A stretch of DNA of 62,897 nt, taken from positions 1 to 62,897 of the forward strand of contig JAUVJK010000001.1 of the NCBI GenBank assembly GCA_030592425.1, written 5' to 3'. This DNA comes from Candidatus Moraniibacteriota bacterium. GTDB lineage: Bacteria > Patescibacteriota > Minisyncoccia > Moranbacterales > GCA-2747515. Positions within the stretch are counted from its first letter, which is position 1, and each line of letters begins with the position of its first letter. Shown one piece after another: positions 46,593-56,717 of this stretch. The notes beneath the pieces were generated by a model. That model saw only the letters and a program-made list of their open reading frames with translations. It was not told the DNA's origin and did not search any database. A program made the translations under genes and the position numbers.

Positions 46593-47213
46593 CTATGTGG
46601 TTGTTTTTATTGGAGTTGAACCAAACTCAAAATATGGTCTCTCATGCCTTTCTAACCCTCGTTTCTTCTGATCTTTAAAACTCACAAGAGCAACCCTTGT
46701 GCAAGACCACTGACCAGCTTTATCCTTTACAGGTCTTCGTGGGAAGACGATCTCAAAATCACACGGATCTAGCCCGCATAAAATAAAAGCTGTCTCGATC
46801 TTACGCTTTTGAACAAAGCAGTCTGGACAATCCCCCCAGCTACTGTTCCAGATATCGAAATGGCGCGCGGCGAACCGTTCTGGAAGATAAGCAATAAAAA
46901 CACCTGCTCCCAGAGCTATCGACACCAAAGAAGCTGCACCAAATCCGATGAACGCAAAAAAGATGCTAAAAGCTCCACATAGCATAGCAAAATTCCACAT
47001 CTTATCTTCCCAGTTGGCCAATATTCTGTCATCGAGGAAAAAACGGCGAAGAGTTGATGCTGATATACGAGAAAATAATGAATTTCCACTATACAATCTA
47101 TCACTCACAGTTTTGCGAATATCATGATAAGAATACACGACACCGACATTAAAAATTCTTCCTAGATATTCTGCTGCCTGATCGGGTGTTGCGCAACAAT
47201 TATTATGTGACAT
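46593..47213 (-). CDS. hypothetical 2-TM membrane protein (family B)
   Basis: Trimmed to ATG 47211-47213 (RBS AGAGGT). Same architecture as 45502..46029, with ..CPDC..QKRK..CGLDPCDFEIVFP. Confidence 0.65.
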   Translation of the reverse strand: MSHNNCCATPDQAAEYLGRIFNVGVVYSYHDIRKTVSDRLYSGNSLFSRISASTLRRFFLDDRILANWEDKMWNFAMLCGAFSIFFAFIGFGAASLVSIALGAGVFIAYLPERFAARHFDIWNSSWGDCPDCFVQKRKIETAFILCGLDPCDFEIVFPRRPVKDKAGQWSCTRVALVSFKDQKKRGLERHERPYFEFGSTPIKTTT

Positions 47214-47384
47214 AACTATATTACCTCTTGTTGTGAAAAAACTACTATTTGTCCTAAAGACAAGATACACATTAGCATCGAATTTTACAAAAGTCAATAG
47301 AATTTTTCACCATCTCATTCCATAAAATACTCTTCCCTCACACTCAACAGTGCGCTATAGTATGGATAGATAAAGAAATATTCT

Positions 47385-48884
47385 ATGGAACAGAAAGAGC
47401 TAACAATTGATGACATCCTTGCAAGTTTTAAGGTGCAACCAAGTAGTGAGGGCAAACGCCTTGTACAACGCGCTTTTGCATTTGCTAATACCGCGCATGA
47501 CGGACAAAAAAGAGCTAGTGGTATACCATATATTCAGCATTGTCTTGCAACAGCGCAGATCCTTGCAGAAATGGGTATGGATGCACGGACTGTGTCCGCT
47601 GGTCTCATGCATGATGTCCCGGAGGACACACCAGAAACACTTACAACGATCAGTAAAGAGTTCGGTGAGGATATTGCACAAATGATCGATGGGATCACAA
47701 AATTGGGCAAAATAAAGCTTCGTCATTCACAAGAGGATTACATGCTAGAGAATTGGCGACGCATGTTCTTGGCAATGGCCTCTGATATCCGCACGGTCAT
47801 TATCAAACTTGCCGACCGACTGCATAATCTCCGCACACTTGAACATCTCCCGCCAGATAAGCAACAACGCATCGCTCATGAAACAATGGAGATCTACATT
47901 CCAATTGCCAATCGTCTTGGTATTGGTGAGATCTATGGACAAATGGGAGATCTCTGTTTCAAATATCTCGACCCAAAAAATTACGAATATACGAGACAAG
48001 TTGGCGAAAAAAGATACAAAGAAGCAGAGAAATATATTGAGCGAGCGATCAAAACAATTACTAATGGTCTCAAGGAAGAAGGGATTAAAGTCATTGATAT
48101 TCATGGGCGTGCAAAATTTCTTTATAGTTTATTTATCAAACTCAAAAAACATGATATGGAGATCTCACGCGTTTATGATCTTGCAGCAATTCGTATTATT
48201 GTTCCAGAGATTGTTGATTGCTATGAAGCACTTGGGATTATTCACAAACGCTATCGCCCAATGGTTGGACGGATCAAAGACTATATCTCTCTCCCAAAGC
48301 CTAATGGTTATCAATCGCTACATACAACGATCTTTGGTCCAGAAGGACGCGTTCTAGAAGTACAAATCCGCACACAAAAAATGCATGATGAAGCAGAGTT
48401 CGGCATCGCAGCGCATTGGCTCTACGAAGAAAATAAAAAGACGTGGAAAGATTATTTTTCCCGTAAAAAACCAGAGCCACAGCAATCCGCCGAAATTGCT
48501 TGGGTCAAACAACTACAGGAATGGCAAAATGATGTTGGTAATGATTCTCAGGAATTTATGGAGGGTCTCAAAATCGATTTTCTAAAAAATCACATTTTTG
48601 CATTCACACCAAAAGGTGATGTGATCGAGCTTCCAGAAGAAGCAACGCCTATCGATTTTGCTTATGCAATTCACTCAGAGATTGGGGATAAAACAACAGG
48701 AGCCAAAGTAAATGCGAAAATGGTCGCCCTAGATTATACCATTAGAAATGGTGACATGATCGAGATTCTAATCGACAAAAATCGCCAAACGCCAAATCAA
48801 AGTTGGCTGACATTTGCCAAAACTCGCTCTGCCCGCTCTCATATTCGTCAAACTCTTAAAAAGAAAAGTGAGACAAGACAATAA
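47385..48884 (+). CDS. rel: RelA/SpoT homologue (HD hydrolase + synthetase + TGS; short C-terminus)
   Basis: HD domain GLMHDVPEDT, synthetase AAIRIIV...NGYQSLHTTI, TGS VFTPKGDVIELPEEATPIDFAYAIHSEIG; 499 aa. Confidence 0.93.
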   Translation: MEQKELTIDDILASFKVQPSSEGKRLVQRAFAFANTAHDGQKRASGIPYIQHCLATAQILAEMGMDARTVSAGLMHDVPEDTPETLTTISKEFGEDIAQMIDGITKLGKIKLRHSQEDYMLENWRRMFLAMASDIRTVIIKLADRLHNLRTLEHLPPDKQQRIAHETMEIYIPIANRLGIGEIYGQMGDLCFKYLDPKNYEYTRQVGEKRYKEAEKYIERAIKTITNGLKEEGIKVIDIHGRAKFLYSLFIKLKKHDMEISRVYDLAAIRIIVPEIVDCYEALGIIHKRYRPMVGRIKDYISLPKPNGYQSLHTTIFGPEGRVLEVQIRTQKMHDEAEFGIAAHWLYEENKKTWKDYFSRKKPEPQQSAEIAWVKQLQEWQNDVGNDSQEFMEGLKIDFLKNHIFAFTPKGDVIELPEEATPIDFAYAIHSEIGDKTTGAKVNAKMVALDYTIRNGDMIEILIDKNRQTPNQSWLTFAKTRSARSHIRQTLKKKSETRQ

Positions 48885-48900
48885 TATTCTTCACAATTTT

Positions 48901-48936
48901 AAAGATACCCTTCGAGGTATCTTTTTTGTTTTTTCT
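48901..48936 (+). terminator. Rho-independent terminator after rel
   Basis: 9-bp stem AAAGATACC / GGTATCTTT, loop CTTCGA, then a T-run. Confidence 0.7.
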
Positions 48937-48953
48937 CTTGATGTGATTACTAC

Positions 48954-49967
48954 CTATGCACCATTTCTTGACAATCGATCTGTGAGACGCGCCAATTCAT
49001 CTTCTGTATAGTAATCAATGGTCACGCTGCCACCATCCCCCTTATGTGCTACATGAACTTTCGTACCAAGGCTTTCTGTTAATTTTTCTTCAAGAATCTT
49101 TATCTGCGGATCTTTCGATGCGCGTGTATATGTTCTTACAGAAACACTTTTTGTTTTCTCTTCTGCTTGTCGCACAGTCAAGTGTTGCGCAATAATCAAT
49201 TGAAAGAGAGCTCGCTGTTTCTCAGAATTCGAAAGGGCTAATATCGCTTTTGCATGGCCTTCTGTAATTTCTCCTTTACTGAGAGCGCGTTGCACATCAA
49301 TAGGTAATTTAAGCAGACGCATGCGATTGGCAACAGCGCTACGACTCTTCCCCGTCTTTACTGCAATATCTTCCTGTGAAAGTTCAAATTCCTCTGCAAG
49401 TTTATTGTAACCTCGCGCTTCTTCAATCACATCAAGATCATGTCGTTGAATATTCTCAATAAGAGCTAATTCCAATTTTTTTTGTTCATCAATATCTTCT
49501 GAACGCACCGTTACCGGGACAACTGTAAAACCTGCACGCTTCGATGCTTGTAAACGACGCTCACCAGCGATCAATTCATAGCATTGCGATCCTTTTTTGA
49601 TCACGATCAAAGGCTGAATCACACCATGTTCCTTAATCGATGCTGTCAGCTCTTCCAATTTTTGTTCATCAAAATTCGTACGTGGCTGCTGTGAATTTTT
49701 TACAATCAAATCAATATCAATTTCCAAACTTCCAGAGGTTGTAATTTCATTCTGCGCCTGTACATTTGACATGCCTGCAGCACGTACATTTTCCTCCTGC
49801 TGCTGATCAATATTTTGTTCTTTGCGCTCTACATAAGGAACACTTTTATCCTGCTGAGGAGATTCCTTTGCAATATTTTTCTGCGAAGAAGACGTTGTTT
49901 GTTGCACATTATTTTTTTGTGGGATCAAAGAGGAAAGGCCTCGTCCTAATCCATGTTGCTGTACCAT
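48954..49967 (-). CDS. parB: chromosome partitioning protein ParB/Spo0J
   Basis: GLGRGLSSLIP, IQPLIV...YELIAGERRLQASKRAG, HTH segment. Confidence 0.95.
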   Translation of the reverse strand: MVQQHGLGRGLSSLIPQKNNVQQTTSSSQKNIAKESPQQDKSVPYVERKEQNIDQQQEENVRAAGMSNVQAQNEITTSGSLEIDIDLIVKNSQQPRTNFDEQKLEELTASIKEHGVIQPLIVIKKGSQCYELIAGERRLQASKRAGFTVVPVTVRSEDIDEQKKLELALIENIQRHDLDVIEEARGYNKLAEEFELSQEDIAVKTGKSRSAVANRMRLLKLPIDVQRALSKGEITEGHAKAILALSNSEKQRALFQLIIAQHLTVRQAEEKTKSVSVRTYTRASKDPQIKILEEKLTESLGTKVHVAHKGDGGSVTIDYYTEDELARLTDRLSRNGA

Positions 49968-50021
49968 ATATCGAAATTTATATTATTTGTTGTTCATCAC
50001 AAATCGCACACCTACACATTG

Positions 50022-50813
50022 TTACACTGTAAATTTTTCACCAGAATTTTCCTCCTCCAATTCCATAACCTCGCGTGCAAGATTTTTATAAGCACGCGCG
50101 CCCTTCGAAAATGCATCAAACTGAGAAATCGGTTTCCCAAAACTTGGCGCCTCTGCCAACCGTACTGTACGAGGAATGATTGTATCGAATACTTTTCCCG
50201 GAAAATGATCCTTCATTTCTCGTACAACCTGACGTGCTAACCGATTCCTCTTATCATACAATGTCACCACAGCACCCATAATAGAAAGTTCTGGTTGCAA
50301 ATTATTTTTTACAAGATCAATTGTTTCCAAAAGCTGCCCCAAACCTTCAAGTGCATAGTATTCTGCTTGCACAGGAATAATAACTTCATCTGATGCGACA
50401 AGACCATTGATCGTCAATAATCCAAGACTTGGTGGCGCATCAATAATAATATAGTCATAATCCATCCGTACTTGTCGAAGAACATCATATAAACGAAATT
50501 CTCGATTTTCTACATTGATTAATTCTACATTTGCGCCAGCGAGTGCTGGTGTTGCTGGTAAGACATCATGTCCAAATGTTGTCGTTTTAATGATCGCACT
50601 ACGTGGATCCTCACCAGTAATCATCTTTTCATAGAGTCCATGTGTAATGGAGCGCACATCAATACCCAAACCACTTGAAGCATTGCCTTGAGGATCAAGA
50701 TCTACAAGTAGCACAAATTTTCCTGCGGCTGCAAGATATGTCGCTAAGTTTACAGATGTCGTCGTTTTGCCGACGCCACCCTTTTGATTGATTAATGATA
50801 TAATGTTTGCCAT
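50022..50813 (-). CDS. parA: chromosome partitioning ATPase ParA/Soj
   Basis: MANIISLINQKGGVGKTT deviant Walker A. ORF-track GTG start 50840 trimmed to ATG 50811-50813. Confidence 0.95.
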   Translation of the reverse strand: MANIISLINQKGGVGKTTTSVNLATYLAAAGKFVLLVDLDPQGNASSGLGIDVRSITHGLYEKMITGEDPRSAIIKTTTFGHDVLPATPALAGANVELINVENREFRLYDVLRQVRMDYDYIIIDAPPSLGLLTINGLVASDEVIIPVQAEYYALEGLGQLLETIDLVKNNLQPELSIMGAVVTLYDKRNRLARQVVREMKDHFPGKVFDTIIPRTVRLAEAPSFGKPISQFDAFSKGARAYKNLAREVMELEEENSGEKFTV

Positions 50814-50978
50814 ATACAAGATTATACCACAGATTGACACTAATAGAAGTGCAGTGTAATCTAGACATTATAACTTCATGCTATTCAAGATGACAGAATC
50901 TGCCTCATCGGCAGACAGGGTAGTATATTTATCCAGTACTGACGTGTAGCGTTACACAAAAAACAAACAGCAACATCA

Positions 50979-51060
50979 GCCGAAGTGGTGGAATTGGTAT
51001 ACACGCACGACTCAAAATCGTGTGCTTCACAGCATGAGGGTTCGAGTCCCTCCTTCGGCA
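50979..51060 (+). tRNA. tRNA-Leu (anticodon CAA)
   Basis: Acceptor GCCGAAG/CTTCGGC plus discriminator A. Anticodon stem CACGA/TCGTG with loop CTCAAAA (CAA at 51013-51015). Long variable arm. T-arm GAGGG-TTCGAGT-CCCTC. CCA is not encoded. Confidence 0.93.
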
Positions 51061-51488
51061 CACTAGACGATGGACTTTTATCTCCCGAAATGTAGTGGAG
51101 GGAGACAAAATCCAGTTGTAACAATACAATGAGAGTTCAATTCTCTCTCCGGGCACAATCTGTTCGCTAGGCATACGCTTGGCGAGTCATTAATCACAAT
51201 TACGATCATTGATATTCTTAGTATAATGGCACTTATATCTACCAAAAATATCTAGAAAGCATCTCACATCAAAACTGTTTATATCGCGTTGAATAGCGTT
51301 ATCGAAGCAAAAAATGATATCCCTGTCATTGAACAGTCACCTTGTAATCCGAATGTAACTAATATCATATAGAAAGTAATACTTTTGAAGTGTATGCGAG
51401 AAATACAGGCAAAGGTAGACTATATTTACTCGCACCCTATTCGCGTGTACAAAAAATCTCACAGTAACATATCTGTACCATAATATGC

Positions 51489-52322
51489 CTATTGTTTTCT
51501 TTTATTTAAAGCAAGAACATTTTCCAAAAGACAAGCAATTGTCACTGGTCCAACACCCCCTGGCACTAGGGAAAGATACGACGCTTTTTCAGTTACTGAC
51601 GTCACGTCAACGTCACCCACTGTTTTATTATTTTGTGTACTAATGCCACCATCAATAATGATGGCATTCTTTTTTATATAAGAACCTGTAACTGTTCCTG
51701 GGACACCACATGCTGTAATAATAATATCTGAAGCAAGAATTTGCGCTTGCTGACATTTACGTTGTTGATAGATAATAATATGTGACATAATATTATATCG
51801 ATCACATGCTGCTGCGAGAACAGAGCCAAACTTCTGAGAATTGACAATTAACGATGCTGTCTTTCCTGTAAGGTCCATTGCTGCACTTTCAAGCAATATC
51901 ATAAGAGCATGAGGGAAAACTGGCCACATCTCTTCCTCATGATCAATAAATGCCACAATATTATCCTCATGGAAGCCATCTACATCCTTACGTGGATCAA
52001 TTGCTCCAATGATCATATCTGTATCAAGTTCTTCTGGCAAAGGCAATTGTACGATTATACCATCTGTACCTAAATCATTGTTCAGAAAATCGATACATGC
52101 AAGAATCTCTTCTTGTTCGGCATTTTTTGCAAAAAGATACTTTCGCAATTCAATGCCGATTTCCTTTGCCGTTTCCTCCTTCAGTTTTACATAGAGACGT
52201 GATGCTTTATCATCACCAACAAGGATCACAGCAAGCGTTGGCTCAACGTTATTATCCTGAATATTTTTCTTCAGTAGTAGGAGTTTTTTTGCTGCAATTT
52301 TTTTCCCATCGAGAATTTCCAT
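51489..52322 (-). CDS. folD: bifunctional methylene-THF dehydrogenase/methenyl-THF cyclohydrolase
   Basis: ILDGKKIA, VGDDKASRLYVKLK, DGIIVQLPLP, DPRKDVDGFH, PGGVGPVT. TTG start 52337 trimmed to ATG 52320-52322. Confidence 0.94.
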   Translation of the reverse strand: MEILDGKKIAAKKLLLLKKNIQDNNVEPTLAVILVGDDKASRLYVKLKEETAKEIGIELRKYLFAKNAEQEEILACIDFLNNDLGTDGIIVQLPLPEELDTDMIIGAIDPRKDVDGFHEDNIVAFIDHEEEMWPVFPHALMILLESAAMDLTGKTASLIVNSQKFGSVLAAACDRYNIMSHIIIYQQRKCQQAQILASDIIITACGVPGTVTGSYIKKNAIIIDGGISTQNNKTVGDVDVTSVTEKASYLSLVPGGVGPVTIACLLENVLALNKRKQ

Positions 52323-52326
52323 AGAT

Positions 52327-53118
52327 CTAATAAACAAAATAAATGATCACTCCAGCCAAGAAAACACTATACCACACAAAAATACTAAATGGAATATTTT
52401 GAATGAATTGTAAGAAATATTTAATTGTCAAATATGCAGTAATAAATGACACCACAGCACCAATGATAAATGTCATCGTAAGACCATATTCAACGACATC
52501 TGGCACTTTAAGAATACTCGCACCCAAGATCACAGGAATTGCCATCAAAAAAGAAAATCGCGTTGATGCATCGCGTGAAAATCCCAACATACGACCAGCA
52601 GCAATTGTCATCCCGCTACGTGACACACCAGGGATGACTGCAATCGCTTGCAATAAGCCAAAGATGATCGTATCTTTTTGAGAGATTTCCTTCATTGGTC
52701 GGTCCTTCTTTGCAAAACGATCTGTCAAATAAAAGAAGAGACTCCCCGCAACCAAGAGAATAACAATAATCATTGGTACACGCAACATTGTTTCAATAAT
52801 ATCTTCGAAAAAGAATCCGACGATTACAGCTGGTATCGTCGCAATCACAAGCAACAACAATGACTGTTGTGGTAATTGAGAGTCCTCTACGACCCCACCA
52901 AAGACACTCTGAAAAATATACAGAAGATCTTTACGAAAATAGATTACAACAGCCAAAAGCGTTCCTAAATGTAATGCAGCAGAAAAAGCGAGTCCTGGAT
53001 CATCAAAATCAAAAAGAAATGGCATTAATGCAAGGTGACCAGAACTAGAGATTGGTAAAAATTCTGTGAAACCCTGTATTAAACCAAGTAAGACTACTTG
53101 TAAAATTGTTAGTTCCAT
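52327..53118 (-). CDS. uppP: undecaprenyl-diphosphate phosphatase
   Basis: GLIQGFTEFLPISSSGHL, ...PGVSRSG.. Confidence 0.95.
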   Translation of the reverse strand: MELTILQVVLLGLIQGFTEFLPISSSGHLALMPFLFDFDDPGLAFSAALHLGTLLAVVIYFRKDLLYIFQSVFGGVVEDSQLPQQSLLLLVIATIPAVIVGFFFEDIIETMLRVPMIIVILLVAGSLFFYLTDRFAKKDRPMKEISQKDTIIFGLLQAIAVIPGVSRSGMTIAAGRMLGFSRDASTRFSFLMAIPVILGASILKVPDVVEYGLTMTFIIGAVVSFITAYLTIKYFLQFIQNIPFSIFVWYSVFLAGVIIYFVY

Positions 53119-53189
53119 AAAAAGTCAGAAGTTATCAAATTGAAAGTTATAAAAATATTTATGCACTTAGAGACCTATCATTTTGACTA

Positions 53190-55022
53190 TTATTCCACTG
53201 TAACTGATTTAGCAAGATTACGCGGCTGATCTACATCAAGTCCACGTGCAACGCCAAAATGATAAGCAAAAAGCTGTAATGGCACGACAGTCAAAAGAGG
53301 CATGAGCATTTCCAGTGTTTTCGGGATCTCAATAATATCATTTGCGATCTTCTCCAATTCTTTTGTGCCTTTGGTCGTGATCACAATTACCTTACCACGA
53401 CGCGCGCGAATCTCTTCAATGCCGCTCACTGTCTTCTCATAAACACTATCTTTTGGTGCAATAATAATCGATGGAAGATCTTTATCAATAAGCGCAATTG
53501 GACCGTGTTTCATCTCACCAGCTGCATAACCCTCTGCATGTACATAGGAGATCTCTTTAATCTTGAGAGCTCCTTCCAGAGCAATTGGATAATTATATTT
53601 ACGACCCAAGTAAAAAAGATCATCGTATTTCTTGTATTTCTGTGCAAGCTTTTTTATCTTTTTATCCTGCTTTGCAATTGTATCGATATGACGTGGAATT
53701 CGTTTCATCTCTGTCAAAATACGCTTCCCCATCGTAAAACTCATATCACGCTGGCGCCCCAATAGTACAGTAAGAAGAACTAGGATCGAGAGTTGTGATG
53801 TAAAAGATTTTGTACTAGCGACACTGATTTCAGGACCAGCATGATTATACACACCAGCATCAGTATCTCGTGCGATCGTCGAACCGACAGCATTTACAAT
53901 ACCCAATGTCAAAGCTCCCTTTCTCTTCGCTTCACGAATCGCTGCAAGTGTATCTGCCGTTTCACCGGACTGTGAGATCGCGATCACTGCTGTATGTTTA
54001 TCGATCAAGGGCTTCCTATAACGATATTCTGATGCATATTCTACTTCTGTCGGAATACCCGCATACTCCTCAAGCATATATTCCCCGACGAGTCCTGCAT
54101 TATAGGATGTGCCACAAGAAATAATAATAATGCGCTCGATCTCCCTCAATTCATCTGTCACACTCCGCAACCCTCCCAAGCGCGCAAGACCTTCACCAAT
54201 TTCCATTCGGCCGCGCAAAGCATCAGCAATTGCATGTGGCTGTTCAAAGATCTCTTTAAGCATAAAGTGTGCGTAGCCTTCTTTCTGAGCCTGCTCATCA
54301 TTCCACTCCAATTTTTGTACATTTCTATGTCGTATTTTTTGTGTCAGTGTTTTGACCGTATAACCACTAGCTGTCGCGATCACAACTTCCCCATCCTCCA
54401 AATAGATCACATCTTTCGTATGTTGAATGATCGCTGACGGATCAGATGCAAAAATATATTCCCCATCACCAACACCCAAGACAAGCGGTGAACTATTCCG
54501 TACTGCAATAAGTTTACCTGGTTCATCACTATTAATAATGCCAAGCGCATAAGCACCTTTTAATTGTTTCAAAGTAGCATATACAGCATCCTCAAAGTTC
54601 TTTTTTTTACACTCTTGTTCGATCAAATGTGCAACGACCTCACTATCTGTTTCTGATGTGAAAATATGCTTTTTCTTGATCAGTATATTTTTCAACTCTT
54701 GATAATTTTCAATAATGCCATTGTGCACAAGCGTGATCCTCCCTGCAGAATGGGGGTGTGCATTTGCGACACTTGGCTTTCCATGTGTTGCCCACCGCGT
54801 ATGTGCAATGCCTACTGAGCCATTTAATGCCCGCTTCTGTGATTTCTCTGCAAGTGCAGCGACTTTTCCGACAGCCTTCACAATTGATACTTTCTTTTTT
54901 GTCTGATCATTTACAATTGCAATGCCAGCACTATCATAACCACGATATTCCAGACGTTTTAAGCCTTCGATCAATACATCTTTTGCATTATTCTTTCCAA
55001 TATACCCAACGATGCCACACAT
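53190..55022 (-). CDS. glmS: glutamine--fructose-6-phosphate aminotransferase
   Basis: MCGIVGYIG N-terminal Cys, two SIS domains, C-terminal ..AKSVTVE. Confidence 0.98.
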   Translation of the reverse strand: MCGIVGYIGKNNAKDVLIEGLKRLEYRGYDSAGIAIVNDQTKKKVSIVKAVGKVAALAEKSQKRALNGSVGIAHTRWATHGKPSVANAHPHSAGRITLVHNGIIENYQELKNILIKKKHIFTSETDSEVVAHLIEQECKKKNFEDAVYATLKQLKGAYALGIINSDEPGKLIAVRNSSPLVLGVGDGEYIFASDPSAIIQHTKDVIYLEDGEVVIATASGYTVKTLTQKIRHRNVQKLEWNDEQAQKEGYAHFMLKEIFEQPHAIADALRGRMEIGEGLARLGGLRSVTDELREIERIIIISCGTSYNAGLVGEYMLEEYAGIPTEVEYASEYRYRKPLIDKHTAVIAISQSGETADTLAAIREAKRKGALTLGIVNAVGSTIARDTDAGVYNHAGPEISVASTKSFTSQLSILVLLTVLLGRQRDMSFTMGKRILTEMKRIPRHIDTIAKQDKKIKKLAQKYKKYDDLFYLGRKYNYPIALEGALKIKEISYVHAEGYAAGEMKHGPIALIDKDLPSIIIAPKDSVYEKTVSGIEEIRARRGKVIVITTKGTKELEKIANDIIEIPKTLEMLMPLLTVVPLQLFAYHFGVARGLDVDQPRNLAKSVTVE

Positions 55023-55034
55023 ATATTTTAGGAG

Positions 55035-55673
55035 TTAGGAGAATCTTTTAATTATTTTTTCTACGTCATTCAAACTTTCAGCTGTAAAATCACATGAATC
55101 CATCCTATCATCATGATAGCGCCCTTCTGGCCGCTCGACAAGGATCGTGAGGATACCTGAACAGTTCTCTTTTACATTTGTAATATGTTCTACACGATCA
55201 TCAAGAAAGAAGTAATGCTTACCATTTCCAGCTCCCAATACTTCCTTTATTTTCTCGCCTTTTGAGATCTCTCCAACAATGATCTTTTTGAAATACTCCC
55301 TCAGTCCACTTCCACACACTTTCCCCTCTTGAATTGATGGTGCACCAAATGACACGAGATAGAGCTCGTGATCATCTGCTTGTAGTTTTTTAAGAAAATG
55401 CTCTGCATCAGTAAAAACAAATTGATCTGCGTGATTCAATAATTTTACTACAGCATCATTGATCTTCGCAAGACTGATATTGTGATCTTTTTCCAAAATG
55501 GCACAATGTCGATCGAAGCTATAATTAGCAATACCATCACGCTCACGCGCCTCTTTGTATGTCACCTGAAATAGTTTGTTATCGACACCACACCTATCAA
55601 AAACCTTCTCAAACTCCACGTTAAATTCTCCTGTGTTGAAAAGGACATCATCAAAATCAATAAAAATTTGCAT
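55035..55673 (-). CDS. HAD-superfamily hydrolase
   Basis: MQIFIDFDDVLFNT (DxD motif I); 212 aa. Confidence 0.75.
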   Translation of the reverse strand: MQIFIDFDDVLFNTGEFNVEFEKVFDRCGVDNKLFQVTYKEARERDGIANYSFDRHCAILEKDHNISLAKINDAVVKLLNHADQFVFTDAEHFLKKLQADDHELYLVSFGAPSIQEGKVCGSGLREYFKKIIVGEISKGEKIKEVLGAGNGKHYFFLDDRVEHITNVKENCSGILTILVERPEGRYHDDRMDSCDFTAESLNDVEKIIKRFS

Positions 55674-55675
55674 AA

Positions 55676-56707
55676 TTAATCATCAATAGTAAATACACAA
55701 TCCTGTCCGAATTCTATAATATAGGAAATCGCTTGTGCCAATCGATCACTGTCATGGCGAATAAATGCGCGTGTATGAGCAATTTCATCACCTTTTGCAT
55801 ATCGTGTTATTTTACGCTGCAAAATATCACCTCGCACGATCCTATACGCTGCACGGGCACTCACACTAGGATGCGCATGAACCAATGAATGTGACCCTTC
55901 TTGTTTTTCGTATCTCTGCAAAATTGTTCGTGAAGGATCCTTTGTATTCACAACAACATAGTTAATACGACCCTTTCCGATACGTTTTTCGATTGCGCAT
56001 ACATAATCATCAACAGAAAAATTCTCTGTATGTCCTCGCTTATTTGTCAGTGGCGCAATAAAAATAACACTCGCATTACTTTTTTTGATTGCACGACACA
56101 AACCTGACACGAGAAAATTTGGCATAATACTTCCGAAATGATCACCTGGACCGATCACAATATAATCAGCACGGTGAGCTACATCAACAGCTCGTTGATT
56201 GACGCGAATACGACGCGCAAGCTTAATCTCTCGTACACCAATTTTTTTGATCTGTATATTATCATCAAGCTCTTTCTCTCCAGATAATGTACTTCCATCA
56301 CTTAAAACGATTGATAATCGCATATCACCTTCACTCACCGGCATCACGCAGCCTTTCACATTCAAAATACGCGTCGCTTCACATATACCCTCCGAAAAGC
56401 TTCCTGTAATCTTCTCCAGTGCCGAGATCAAAAGATTACCAAAATTATGCCCCTTTAATTCCCCTTTTTCAAAACGATAGTTCATCAATGCACGCAATGT
56501 GTCCGTTGAGTCAGAGAGAGCTACAAGACACTGTCGTGCATCACCTGGTGGCAAGACACCAAGCTCATCACGCAAAATACCCGTCGATCCACCATCATCT
56601 GCCATTGAGACGATTGCTGAAATATCATAAGAATAGTTCTTGAGCCCTGAAAGCAATGTAAACTGTCCCGTTCCACCACCAATCGTAACAATCTTTCTCT
56701 GTCGCAT
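55676..56707 (-). CDS. yvcK: YvcK/CofD-family gluconeogenesis/cell-shape factor (UPF0052)
   Basis: KIVTIGGGTGQFTLLSGLK, SMADDGGSTGILRDELGVLPPGDARQCL. Trimmed to ATG 56705-56707. Confidence 0.9.
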   Translation of the reverse strand: MRQRKIVTIGGGTGQFTLLSGLKNYSYDISAIVSMADDGGSTGILRDELGVLPPGDARQCLVALSDSTDTLRALMNYRFEKGELKGHNFGNLLISALEKITGSFSEGICEATRILNVKGCVMPVSEGDMRLSIVLSDGSTLSGEKELDDNIQIKKIGVREIKLARRIRVNQRAVDVAHRADYIVIGPGDHFGSIMPNFLVSGLCRAIKKSNASVIFIAPLTNKRGHTENFSVDDYVCAIEKRIGKGRINYVVVNTKDPSRTILQRYEKQEGSHSLVHAHPSVSARAAYRIVRGDILQRKITRYAKGDEIAHTRAFIRHDSDRLAQAISYIIEFGQDCVFTIDD

Positions 56708-56717
56708 ATTATTTTCT

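Noticed and set aside
51061-51155. A complete second tRNA gene
   Set aside because: Only a T-arm plus 3' acceptor strand is present. I found no complementary 5' acceptor strand and no anticodon stem, so it is reported only as a fragment in the findings.
50885-51174. Two overlapping minus-strand ORFs (79 and 81 aa)
   Set aside because: They run antisense across tRNA-Leu and the tRNA-like fragment, which are better explained as RNA genes plus spacer.
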